Shown here piece by piece: positions 50,654 through 59,789 of a stretch of 60,809 bases of DNA. Where the stretch lies: positions 1 to 60,809 of the forward strand of contig MCBE01000217.1 in NCBI GenBank assembly GCA_001723845.1, given 5' to 3'. Each line of letters starts with the position of its first letter. Within the stretch, counting starts at the first letter, position 1. The stretch is from Candidatus Altiarchaeales archaeon WOR_SM1_SCG (GTDB lineage: Archaea > Altiarchaeota > Altiarchaeia > IMC4 > WOR-SM1-SCG). The notes below the pieces were generated by a model, which was not told the origin of the DNA, made no database searches, and worked only from the letters and a program-made list of their open reading frames with translations. A program made the position numbers and the translations under genes.

Positions 50654-52150
50654 CTAATCACTCCCGAAATGCAGCACCATAACATCCTGGTTGCTTAAAT
50701 TCATAACAGGAACTCTTGCAGGTGTCGGGTGATGCCCTAACCTTTCCTGGTATTTCGTCTGTGCCTGCCATGTTCCCGCGTTTATCAGATGAACGCCCCT
50801 GTATTTAGCGTAACCGTTTGCATGAACATGCCCCCCGTGGAAAATGTCGGGAATATCCCTGATTAGCATGTAATCCTTATTCTCTGGCGATATGTCATGG
50901 TAAAGCGGCGCAAGATGCCTTCTCTTCAGGTATTCGGTCATTGCCTTTTCAGGAGCAGTGTAACTCAAGCCGCTTAAATGCCCTATAACGCCGTCCATTG
51001 AATCCCCGTGATAAATTAATGTTTTAATTCCGTGCGCAGAAACCATTGCAGGATTCCCGACAACATGAACATTCGGTATTTCGTAAAGAGGGGCGCCTAT
51101 GTCTTTATCAAGCGTCGGCTCTGGTTCTGCTCTTCTTACAGCATCATGGTTCCCGACAACCATGACAACTTCAATGTAGTCCGGGATCTGCTCAATCATG
51201 CTGCCAAGAAAATCATACTGCTTGTAGATGTCGGGAATTGAAAGTTCACCTTCCTGGTCCGGGTAGATGCCGATGCCGTCAACAAGGTCGCCTGCAACAA
51301 ATATATATTTAATTTTCTCTGCAACATCTCTCCTGTTCCCTGATTTCAGGTTCAGCCAGTCAATGAATTTTTGAAATTCTTTTTCAAGGAAAAGATAACT
51401 CCCGACATGAAAGTCAGATAGAAACGCGGCATGTACCGGCTCATCAGTTGTTTTCGGCGCCTTTGTTATCGGCAAATCCGGCTGCACAATCTCGCGGGCA
51501 ATAAATAAATTATTTCTTAATTCACCTCTAATTCCTATAACTTCATCTAATAAAACCCGGCTGTAAATTTCATTTAATTCCTCGTTATCCTTTGATATAA
51601 AAACCGTTGCATCGCCTGTAGGGTCCTCAACATCAAGGAATCTAAAGCCCCTCCTGCTTTCCCGCTTCTCGGTAACCATCGCAACAATACTTGCCGCACC
51701 TCCCGACTTTTTTAAATTGTTTATTGCGACGGTTCCTATAAAATTTTCCCTTCTCCTTATTATTTTTTCAATTCCCCTGTACTTCTGGTTAAAATACTCT
51801 ACAAAGTCCTCAAGTTTTCCCTCGCATGTTGATTTTCCCGTCACATCCCACGAATCGTCAATCTTTAACTCGGAATCAATTTCCTTTGCAAAAATATGAC
51901 TTCCCTTCCTGACTTCTACTTCCGGTTTTTGCGCAGGCTCATGTTTCTCTTCCTTTACCTCAATAAATTCCTTTAAAAATTCATCGGAAATTAAAAAAAT
52001 CCCCTTGTCTTTTGCAGTGGAAATTACTCTGTCAACATCAATCCCGTTTTTTATTAAGTCATCAAAGCCGTGCGATGTTACAAGTAAGCCGCTGGCTGTG
52101 AATTTTTTTATTATTTGTTTTTTGAGTTGGTCGGTTATTTCGCCTGTCAT
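50654..52150 (-). CDS. DNA polymerase D small subunit DP1
   Basis: SDFHVGS, AGDLVDGIGIYP, GNHD, YHG, GHVH, GTWQAQT. Confidence 0.95.
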   Translation of the reverse strand: MTGEITDQLKKQIIKKFTASGLLVTSHGFDDLIKNGIDVDRVISTAKDKGIFLISDEFLKEFIEVKEEKHEPAQKPEVEVRKGSHIFAKEIDSELKIDDSWDVTGKSTCEGKLEDFVEYFNQKYRGIEKIIRRRENFIGTVAINNLKKSGGAASIVAMVTEKRESRRGFRFLDVEDPTGDATVFISKDNEELNEIYSRVLLDEVIGIRGELRNNLFIAREIVQPDLPITKAPKTTDEPVHAAFLSDFHVGSYLFLEKEFQKFIDWLNLKSGNRRDVAEKIKYIFVAGDLVDGIGIYPDQEGELSIPDIYKQYDFLGSMIEQIPDYIEVVMVVGNHDAVRRAEPEPTLDKDIGAPLYEIPNVHVVGNPAMVSAHGIKTLIYHGDSMDGVIGHLSGLSYTAPEKAMTEYLKRRHLAPLYHDISPENKDYMLIRDIPDIFHGGHVHANGYAKYRGVHLINAGTWQAQTKYQERLGHHPTPARVPVMNLSNQDVMVLHFGSD

Positions 52151-52331
52151 CTTTAGTTTTGATTTAATTTTTTAATTATTTTCCAATTCATCTATCGCAA
52201 AAATTACTACTTCTTCCCAGCAATCAAGCCCCCATTCCACTCCTTTTTTAACCCTGTCTAATTCTTCGGCGGTTAATTCCCTGTTTAATTTTTATATGCC
52301 TTTTCAAGTATCCTGCTATAATCTTTTTTAG

Positions 52332-53366
52332 TTATATTATCCATTCTGTTATCGCGTTATTTATTTTAATTTCTTTTAGATTATTAACTGCACTTTTACA
52401 ATAATTCTGGTTTATGTCAAATCCGATGTAATTTCTTCTTAATTTTTTGCATGCAAAAGCAGTAGTCCCTGACCCCATGAAAGGGTCTAAAACAATGTCT
52501 CCCTCCCGCGTTAATAATTTTAATAACTCCTGTATTATGTACTCAGGATAAATTGCAGGATGTTTAGCGCCTTTTATGGTTTCTACCGGGCTTTCAATTA
52601 CATCTCTTTTTATGGAGTTGCCGTGTAATTTTATAATGGTAAATCCCTTTTTTAATATCTGTGTTTTTCTTCCGCCTTCCTGCCCGCCAAAAGGTAAGGA
52701 GTGAATACCCTTTATTTTCATACGAAAACTATATAATTTCCCGCTTTTGACTTCTTCTATCACTTCCTCAAGTTCTTTTATAGCCCTTCTTTTCTGTTCT
52801 TCTAACAACTCAGAGTTTTCTATTAGTCCAAAATATTTTTTACCAAGGTTATTTCCGTTTCCGTTTCTTTTGGTTCTGGATTTATCTAACAAATTCATAA
52901 ATTCATCAATGTTATAATAGTAATCATCACTTTTAACAAAATGGAAAAATGGCTCGGTGCTGCTCACCAATCTTCTTCTAAATTGTCTTGGAGTCGGGTT
53001 TAATTTAACCCATGTAATGTCATTTACAAGTTTTACCGGCAGTTTGTTTAAAACTTCTATGGCAAACCTGTAAGGTACCAACAACAAACTGCTGTTTTCA
53101 TATTTATCTCCTATGTTAAAAACAATACTGCCGTCGTTTTTAATCACCCTGAAACATTCATAAAACAGTTTCAGGAGGTTCTCAACATACTCTTCCGCCC
53201 GGTTTTCATTTCCAATTTCTTTTTCGTATCCGCCATAATCTCTTTGCTTGAAATACGGCGGCGAGGTTATGATAAGATTCACGGAACTGCTTGGAATTTC
53301 TTTTATTAATTCCAAACAATTGCCGCAAATTATTTTATTTACGAACTCGTTAATTGGTTTTGCCAT
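52332..53366 (-). CDS. N4-C/N6-A DNA methyltransferase (beta class), orphan
   Basis: TSPPY before HPA..VLDPFMGSGTT. Confidence 0.9.
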   Translation of the reverse strand: MAKPINEFVNKIICGNCLELIKEIPSSSVNLIITSPPYFKQRDYGGYEKEIGNENRAEEYVENLLKLFYECFRVIKNDGSIVFNIGDKYENSSLLLVPYRFAIEVLNKLPVKLVNDITWVKLNPTPRQFRRRLVSSTEPFFHFVKSDDYYYNIDEFMNLLDKSRTKRNGNGNNLGKKYFGLIENSELLEEQKRRAIKELEEVIEEVKSGKLYSFRMKIKGIHSLPFGGQEGGRKTQILKKGFTIIKLHGNSIKRDVIESPVETIKGAKHPAIYPEYIIQELLKLLTREGDIVLDPFMGSGTTAFACKKLRRNYIGFDINQNYCKSAVNNLKEIKINNAITEWII

Positions 53367-53434
53367 ATTCTATTCTTATTATTTGAATTAATTAAAATTT
53401 GAGGATTTATTTTTTACTTTAATCTTTCACTTTT

Positions 53435-53818
53435 TCACCTCTCCCTCTTCTCAATAACCCTCGCCCTTCCTCCGAATTCAACATAAGTAACATCATCGCC
53501 TTCATTGACTTCATTTAAAAGTTCTGGCGTGATGTCCGCATCAAGCATTTCATAATTATCCATTGACATTACCTGAACTTCATTACCCGTCTTTGCAATC
53601 AGCTGCCCGTGCCTTTTTATTATTTCAATATCTTCAACCCTCTCATGAGACGACATTGTTAATGACTCTTTTTTTCCTGAAAATAAACCCGCCATTTCAA
53701 CCTTTGTTTTTGTATGGCTGTGCGTTCCGACAACAACCAGACCTATTTTTTTAATCCTGTACGGCTCGCCCTTGTGTGCTATGTAACTTCCTCTTGACAG
53801 TTTTTTAATTTCAATCAT
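53435..53818 (-). CDS. aIF5A-like protein lacking the hypusine lysine
   Basis: GEPYRI, GLFSGKK, IIKRHGQL, QVMSMDNYE; loop reads VGTHSHTK. Confidence 0.8.
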   Translation of the reverse strand: MIEIKKLSRGSYIAHKGEPYRIKKIGLVVVGTHSHTKTKVEMAGLFSGKKESLTMSSHERVEDIEIIKRHGQLIAKTGNEVQVMSMDNYEMLDADITPELLNEVNEGDDVTYVEFGGRARVIEKRER

Positions 53819-53873
53819 TTTTTAATTTTTTTTCAGTTAAATACAAAGAAATAGTTTTTTAATCAAATTCAAT

Positions 53874-54809
53874 TCAATTTTCCATGAGTTCGGGCTTAAC
53901 ACCCTTTGCCAGGTCATCGTACATTCTTCTTATTGTTGCCTCAGGAATTCCTGCAAAAGCGATAATGTCTGACGGCGCATTCTCATCCCCGGTTAATTCA
54001 CCGGCAATGTGAAGTGCTGCCATTGCAGCCCCGACAGGTGCTTTTCCTGATGTGATTCCCTTATCTCTTGCAATTTCAAGTACTTCTTTTGCTTTATTCT
54101 GGGTGTTGCCTGAAATCTTTAACTCGCTTGCAAGCCGCTCAACATAATCCATCGCGGTAATTACAGGCATTCTTAAGCCGAGTCCTCTATAGACCGTCCT
54201 GTAACTCCTGCCTATATCTTTCTTTTTTATGCCCGATGCTTCTTCAAGTTCCTCAAGTGTTTTCGGCAGGCGGTGCTGTCTTGAAACAAGATAAATTATT
54301 GCCGCGACAACCGACTCAATACTTCTCCCGCGAACAACGCCTTTACTTACGGCTTTTCTGTATGTCTGGGCACATTCCTCTTTAATGTTATTCGGGATAT
54401 TCAGGTGCGCACACATCCTGTCAAGTTCCGGCAGTGCCATTGATAAATTCCTGTGCACTGAATCGGACATCCTTGTTCTTTTCTGCCATTTCCTGAGACG
54501 ATATATCTGGGCTTTGCTTTCCGGCGGAATTGCACCGCCCCTGATGTCGCGATCGTAGCGGTCAATTTCAGTTGTCAGACCTTTATTGAGTTTTGCAAAT
54601 TTTAGAGGACCTCCCGCCCTTGCACGCTTTGCTTCCTGCTCATCGTCAAATGCCCTCCACTCCGGACCGTGGTCAAACATTTTTTCTTCCATAACAAGAC
54701 CGCACCCGGCACAGATTCTCTCACCGTGTTTGTAATCGGTTATTATCTCTGTTCCGTTGCATTCAGAACACATCTCCTTTCCGTTATTTTCATTTAACGC
54801 TTCATTCAT
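53874..54809 (-). CDS. tfb: Transcription initiation factor TFB
   Basis: CSEC..ICAGCGLV, GPEWRAF, RLRKWQ, RGRSIE. Confidence 0.95.
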   Translation of the reverse strand: MNEALNENNGKEMCSECNGTEIITDYKHGERICAGCGLVMEEKMFDHGPEWRAFDDEQEAKRARAGGPLKFAKLNKGLTTEIDRYDRDIRGGAIPPESKAQIYRLRKWQKRTRMSDSVHRNLSMALPELDRMCAHLNIPNNIKEECAQTYRKAVSKGVVRGRSIESVVAAIIYLVSRQHRLPKTLEELEEASGIKKKDIGRSYRTVYRGLGLRMPVITAMDYVERLASELKISGNTQNKAKEVLEIARDKGITSGKAPVGAAMAALHIAGELTGDENAPSDIIAFAGIPEATIRRMYDDLAKGVKPELMEN

Positions 54810-54925
54810 TTTTTACCTGTGTTTTTTATCTATATCTTTAATATTTTTCTGCTTAATAGTAATTATTTAATTATTTACTTTTCAGGTTTAAATACCTGCA
54901 CAAAATTTTTTTATAATTTTATAAA

Positions 54926-55702
54926 TTATTGAAACAAACACGATGCAATATACTTATGATATTTCCGGGAAATATTTTTTATATTAATTTCCATTCCCCT
55001 GTCCTTTGCTATCAATAAAATCATTACGGCGTCCGTGCAAACAGGTAAATCGCCTGTTTTCGGGAGGGACCTGCAAAATGATGATAAAATTTTGTTGATT
55101 CCCTTAAAAAATTTTTCCTTGTTATTTTCCGAAAGCCCGGCTAATACATCTTTTGTACCTTTGTAATACCCTGAAACATTACCCTTTTGCTTTTTTTCGG
55201 ACTCGGAAAGTTTTTTTACCTGTTGAATTAGATGTTTATGCTTGTATTTACCTGAATTTTTACTGCAAATTATAAACAGGGATAATGCAAGAACATAGTT
55301 GTATATTAAATCCGAACCGAAAGCTTCCGGTCTGTTTTCAATGATATAATCAGTTATTTTATTTATTGATTTTTTATTTATTGACAGGACACAACTTTTA
55401 ATTACCTGGAGTGCGGCGGTTTCGGTAAATGTTTTATTGATCCCGAAGTATTGTTTTGTTTGAAGATGCAAATCAGCGCACCTTAAATAAAACCCGGAGG
55501 ACTTATTAAACCAGGACACTGCATTCTTTTTGTCATTTAACACCAGATAACCTAATGAAACAGCGTACGCACTTGTGCCAAAGCCCCACAACCACCTGGA
55601 CTTTAATTTTTTATCATGGGTTTTTATTTTTTCACTGTTTTCGTCAATAAATTTTTTATGAAAATTTATAAAATTTATAATTTCTTCTCCTGTTTTTAAC
55701 AT
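54926..55702 (-). CDS. Helical hypothetical protein (immunity-protein-like)
   Basis: Open frame; loose resemblance to Imm49-type proteins only. Confidence 0.6.
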   Translation of the reverse strand: MLKTGEEIINFINFHKKFIDENSEKIKTHDKKLKSRWLWGFGTSAYAVSLGYLVLNDKKNAVSWFNKSSGFYLRCADLHLQTKQYFGINKTFTETAALQVIKSCVLSINKKSINKITDYIIENRPEAFGSDLIYNYVLALSLFIICSKNSGKYKHKHLIQQVKKLSESEKKQKGNVSGYYKGTKDVLAGLSENNKEKFFKGINKILSSFCRSLPKTGDLPVCTDAVMILLIAKDRGMEINIKNISRKYHKYIASCLFQ

Positions 55703-55770
55703 TTTTAACCTGCCGCTCTTAACATATTAAAATTTACATTTTGAAATTTAATTAACTAATTAATTAGAAA

Positions 55771-56403
55771 ATGTCAAAACAAAAAATAAAACTTGTTGCA
55801 TTTGACCTTGACGGCGTTTTGGTTGATTCAAAAGGCAGCTGGAGGGAAGTGCATGAAGCATTGGGTACTGTTAAGCAGGCTGAGCCGCATGAACGGCTTT
55901 TCTATGAAGGTAAAATAAGTTTTGATGATTGGGCGGAACTTGACACGAAATTATGGGCGGGAACAGACATTGAGAAAATAAAGGAAATTTTATATGAAAT
56001 TCGCCCGATGCGTGGCATAACTTACACACTCAATAAATTAAGGAAAAATTATAAACTTGCAATTATTTCCGGGGGCTTGCAGATACTTGCGGATAAAATT
56101 AAAAATGATTATGGAATGCATCATGCGGTCGGCAACGAAATATTGACAAACGGCGGGAAGGTTTGCGGGATAAAGCAGGTTGTTGGGTTCAAAGACAAAA
56201 GTGAATTTTTAAGAAAATTTGCAAAAGAAGAAGGGATAACAACCGATGCGTGTGCCGCCGTCGGCGATTATATCAATGACATCCCGATGTTCAAAGAAGC
56301 GGGCTTAAGTATCGCTTTCAACCCGAAACACGCGGATGTTGTTGACCATGTTGACGAAATCGTTTATGAAAAAAATTTAATTAAAATTCTTGAGTTTTTA
56401 TGA
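55771..56403 (+). CDS. HAD hydrolase, phosphoserine phosphatase-like
   Basis: FDLDGVL, ISGG, VGDYIND, IAFNP. Confidence 0.88.
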   Translation: MSKQKIKLVAFDLDGVLVDSKGSWREVHEALGTVKQAEPHERLFYEGKISFDDWAELDTKLWAGTDIEKIKEILYEIRPMRGITYTLNKLRKNYKLAIISGGLQILADKIKNDYGMHHAVGNEILTNGGKVCGIKQVVGFKDKSEFLRKFAKEEGITTDACAAVGDYINDIPMFKEAGLSIAFNPKHADVVDHVDEIVYEKNLIKILEFL

Positions 56404-56433
56404 GGCAGGAGAAATTGTTGAAAAAATTTTAAA

Positions 56434-57321
56434 TCACCGAAACAGAATTTTCTCAACCTCTTCTAACTTTTCAAGCCCTTTTATTTCATAAGAAAAAGAC
56501 GGGATTTTCGTGACCTCTATATCAATTTTATCTTTTATTTCATCAATTCTTTTTATGTTCCCCTCTTGCATTAACATTCTCTGCCTGTGAAATTCGCAGC
56601 ACGCCTCATGTATTACATTATTTATTACAATATAATTTATATTCATATTATTTTCATGCAATTCAAAAACAAGCCGTTCTGTCTGCATTGTACTTAATGT
56701 CTCGGGAATTGTCACCGCGACAATCTCTGTTTCATTTTTCAAAAATTCCACGATTTCTTCTGCAAGTTTCTTCCAGGAATCAATTATATCAAAAATTGAC
56801 CTTTTGCCCCATTTGATGTTAAATTTCATATAGACCTTTACTGCCTGGTTCAGGTGGTCAATGAACCGGGACGGCAGGTTTAAAAGCCGGAGCGTGTGTC
56901 CCATCGGCGCGCTGTCCCAGATGATTCTTTCGTATTTTTTCCGCATCACGAGTTCATGAATGTAATATAACATAAATTCCTCGTCAATCCCGGGAGCGGT
57001 TCCGATATAATCAACTATTGATTTCTCTGTATCAACAAACGAGGAAATCACTTCATAGATTTCATCGCCGAATTTTTGTTTCCAGAGACGAAGAACTTCC
57101 CCGGAACTCAATTCAAGAGCATATAAATTTTCAGCTAATTTTTTCTCCTTATCCCCGATTTTCGTTTCAAATATGTCTGAAAGAGACGGGGCAGGGTCTG
57201 TGGAAATAACAAGTGTTTTTTCACCCTGCAGTGCAAAATGAACAGCGGTTGCGCATGATACGGTCGTTTTCCCGACACCGCCCTTTCCTGCGAACATGAC
57301 GACTTTTTTATTGATTTTCAT
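56434..57321 (-). CDS. ArsA/GET3-family ATPase
   Basis: GKGGVGKTT, STDPA, PGIDE, DSAPMGHTLRLL. Confidence 0.92.
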   Translation of the reverse strand: MKINKKVVMFAGKGGVGKTTVSCATAVHFALQGEKTLVISTDPAPSLSDIFETKIGDKEKKLAENLYALELSSGEVLRLWKQKFGDEIYEVISSFVDTEKSIVDYIGTAPGIDEEFMLYYIHELVMRKKYERIIWDSAPMGHTLRLLNLPSRFIDHLNQAVKVYMKFNIKWGKRSIFDIIDSWKKLAEEIVEFLKNETEIVAVTIPETLSTMQTERLVFELHENNMNINYIVINNVIHEACCEFHRQRMLMQEGNIKRIDEIKDKIDIEVTKIPSFSYEIKGLEKLEEVEKILFR

Positions 57322-57347
57322 GGTTATTTGAAAAATATTCTAAATAT

Positions 57348-57493
57348 TATTTAAATTTAGAATTCAGAGTAAATTATTAATCCACTGCTCCTCTCTCCTT
57401 TAAAAATTTAATCTGAATTCTATTTAAATTTAGAATTCAGAGTAAATTATTAATCCACTGCTCCTCTCTCCTTTAAAAATTTAATCTGAATTC
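57348..57493. repeat. Perfect 73-bp tandem duplication
   Basis: 57348-57420 = 57421-57493. Confidence 0.95.
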
Positions 57494-57626
57494 CACTTAA
57501 ACCTTTCGCACCTTTTATTTTCATTCCCCTGCATTTTAGTTTCTGCTTTATTCTTCTTATGTAGTCTCCACTATCAAAATCCCATATTTTTATCACACCA
57601 CCCTTACTTCCAGATACAAGGGTAAT
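57450..57626 (-). pseudogene. C-terminal remnant of a WD40 (NACHT-WD40-type) protein
   Basis: LVSGSKGGVIKIWD...GMKIKGAKGLS..FLKERGA. Confidence 0.65.
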
Positions 57627-57629
57627 TTG

Positions 57630-58148
57630 CGGCTTAAAGTTTCGGATCATGCCGATTCAAACAGTATTTGTGCGTTCCTTTTATGCATCATGGCAAACTT
57701 ATCTGATTTATTTACGGTACTCACAGATGATTTCACAGCATATCGTTTTTTAGATAAAACATGGATACCACACGAGACGGTAAATCATAGTAAAAAAGAA
57801 TATATGTAAAATTTTAATAAAATTTTGATATTTCCTCGCATGCTCGGAAATGCAAGAGGTGAAGTGCATAATAATACAATTGAAGGTTACTGGTCTGTCT
57901 TCAGGCACTGGGTGGACACATACGGGGGAGTATCCAAAAAATATCTTGCCGAGTATGTACTCTTTTTTGAGTTTGTGGAAAACAACAAAAAGGCGGGCTG
58001 GATTCCGATGTTTCATAAAATAATTTTTTTGCCCTGGGTAAGAATTGGGTCAACAAGCAATTATGTGCTTCATAATATGCTAAAAAACATAAAATCACAA
58101 TTAATAAACAGTAATCAAATGCTCATAGCAACGGTTTCGTTCACATGA
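57630..58148 (+). mobile_element. IS1595-family transposase remnant interrupted by a 48-bp insertion
   Basis: TDDFTAY..HETVNHSKKEY / ARGEVHNNTIEGYWS..GVSKKYLAEY. Confidence 0.85.
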
Positions 58149-58334
58149 GCGTTTATTTTAATTATTTAAGTAGTTTGAAGCATGGTGCGCGGCTAAGTCG
58201 GCTAAGTTATGCCGTGTCCTGCAAACGGTTGGAATACCTGCCCGCATAACATGCAGATTGCCTCTTATGATTATTCCAGGGGGTTGCAATGATTAAATAT
58301 GATTTAATTCTAATTTTATTATTAATAATTGAAA

Positions 58335-59588
58335 ATGAAAGGAACACTTGTTGAAAAAATATTTGGTAAGAAAACCGGCAAGAATGTATCTGCAGGGGAC
58401 TTAATCGTATCGGATATTGATTTTATCATGGGTCAGGACGGAACAACACCTCTTGCAATTTCCGCTTTTAAAAAGATGGGTGATAAGGTTAAATGCCCGG
58501 ACAGAATTGCTCTTGTAATTGACCACAGCGCACCTTCCCCGAATGAAGGCGTATCAAAACTTCATAAGATGATGTATGATTTTGGCAGGGAGCAGGGGAT
58601 TGAAAATTTTTATGATATCGGCGACGGCGTGTGCCACCAGGTAATGGCTGAAAATCATGTATCTCCCGGTGATGTTGTTGTCGGCTCTGACTCGCATACC
58701 TGCACTTACGGGGCATTGGGCGCGTTTTCAACGGGTATCGGAAGCACGGATGCTGCGGCGGTCTATAAAACACAGAAATTATGGTTCCGGGTTCCTGAGA
58801 CCTACAAATTCAATATTTCGGGCGACCTTCAAAAAGGGGTCTATTCAAAGGACATGATTTTGCATATCATTAAGGAAATGACCTCTGATGGTGCAACATA
58901 TAAGTCATGCGAGTTTCACGGGGATGCAATTAAAAAGATGAGTGTTGATGCAAGAATGACTATCACGAACATGGCAGTTGAGATGGGCGCAAAAAACGGG
59001 GTAATTGAGCCGGATCCTGCTATCGCCACATACATAAACAAGCACAGGAGAGGCAAGACATCGGATATGAATTTCAGGCACCTCAAAAGTGACGGCGAGT
59101 ATGAAGAAGAATTTGTGTTTGAAATTAATGAACTTGAACCGCAGATTGCATGCCCCCATACCGTTGATAATGTATGCGGCGTGTCCGAAATCCAGGGGCA
59201 TGAAATTGACCAGGCATTTATCGGGACATGCACAAACGGCAGGCTTGAGGACTTGAAAATTGCAGCGGAAATCCTGCGGGGCAATAAAGTTAAATCGCGG
59301 CTTATAATTGCTCCCGCCTCGCGGAGAATTTTCATGGAAGCAATAAATGAAGGAATTATTCAAATATTTATGAAATCCGGCGCCTGTGTCGTGAACCCTG
59401 GATGCGCATGCTGCGTCGGAACACACCAGGGCGTACCCTCGGATAATGAAATTATAATTTCGTCCGCGAACAGGAATTTCAAGGGGAGGATGGGCAACTC
59501 GTCAGCCGAGATTTACCTTGCGAGTCCCGCAACGGTTGCCGCAAGCGCGGTTGAAGGTAAAATTACAGACCCGAGAGATATTTTATAG
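58335..59588 (+). CDS. leuC: 3-isopropylmalate dehydratase/homoaconitase large subunit
   Basis: DH, GVCHQV, GSDSHTCTYG, IGTCTNGR, CACCVG, NRNFKGRMG, ASPATVAAS. Confidence 0.9.
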   Translation: MKGTLVEKIFGKKTGKNVSAGDLIVSDIDFIMGQDGTTPLAISAFKKMGDKVKCPDRIALVIDHSAPSPNEGVSKLHKMMYDFGREQGIENFYDIGDGVCHQVMAENHVSPGDVVVGSDSHTCTYGALGAFSTGIGSTDAAAVYKTQKLWFRVPETYKFNISGDLQKGVYSKDMILHIIKEMTSDGATYKSCEFHGDAIKKMSVDARMTITNMAVEMGAKNGVIEPDPAIATYINKHRRGKTSDMNFRHLKSDGEYEEEFVFEINELEPQIACPHTVDNVCGVSEIQGHEIDQAFIGTCTNGRLEDLKIAAEILRGNKVKSRLIIAPASRRIFMEAINEGIIQIFMKSGACVVNPGCACCVGTHQGVPSDNEIIISSANRNFKGRMGNSSAEIYLASPATVAASAVEGKITDPRDIL

Positions 59589-59789
59589 TATTTATACTTG
59601 AGTTTCAAAGATATTAGATTTCTAACATAATAAATTTTATTTACCCCATTTACTGATGTTGGTTTTTGTTATCTCACTTTTTGTATTTTGTTGCCATGTC
59701 AAAATTTTAAATAAAATCAGTGTGCTTTAATACTTTAACTAACAAATGTTGCCATGTCATTTAATTTATTTAATATCTAATACAATAAC

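Noticed and set aside
52332-53366. Methyltransferase as part of a restriction-modification system
   Set aside because: No endonuclease adjacent; only a short frameshifted remnant downstream.
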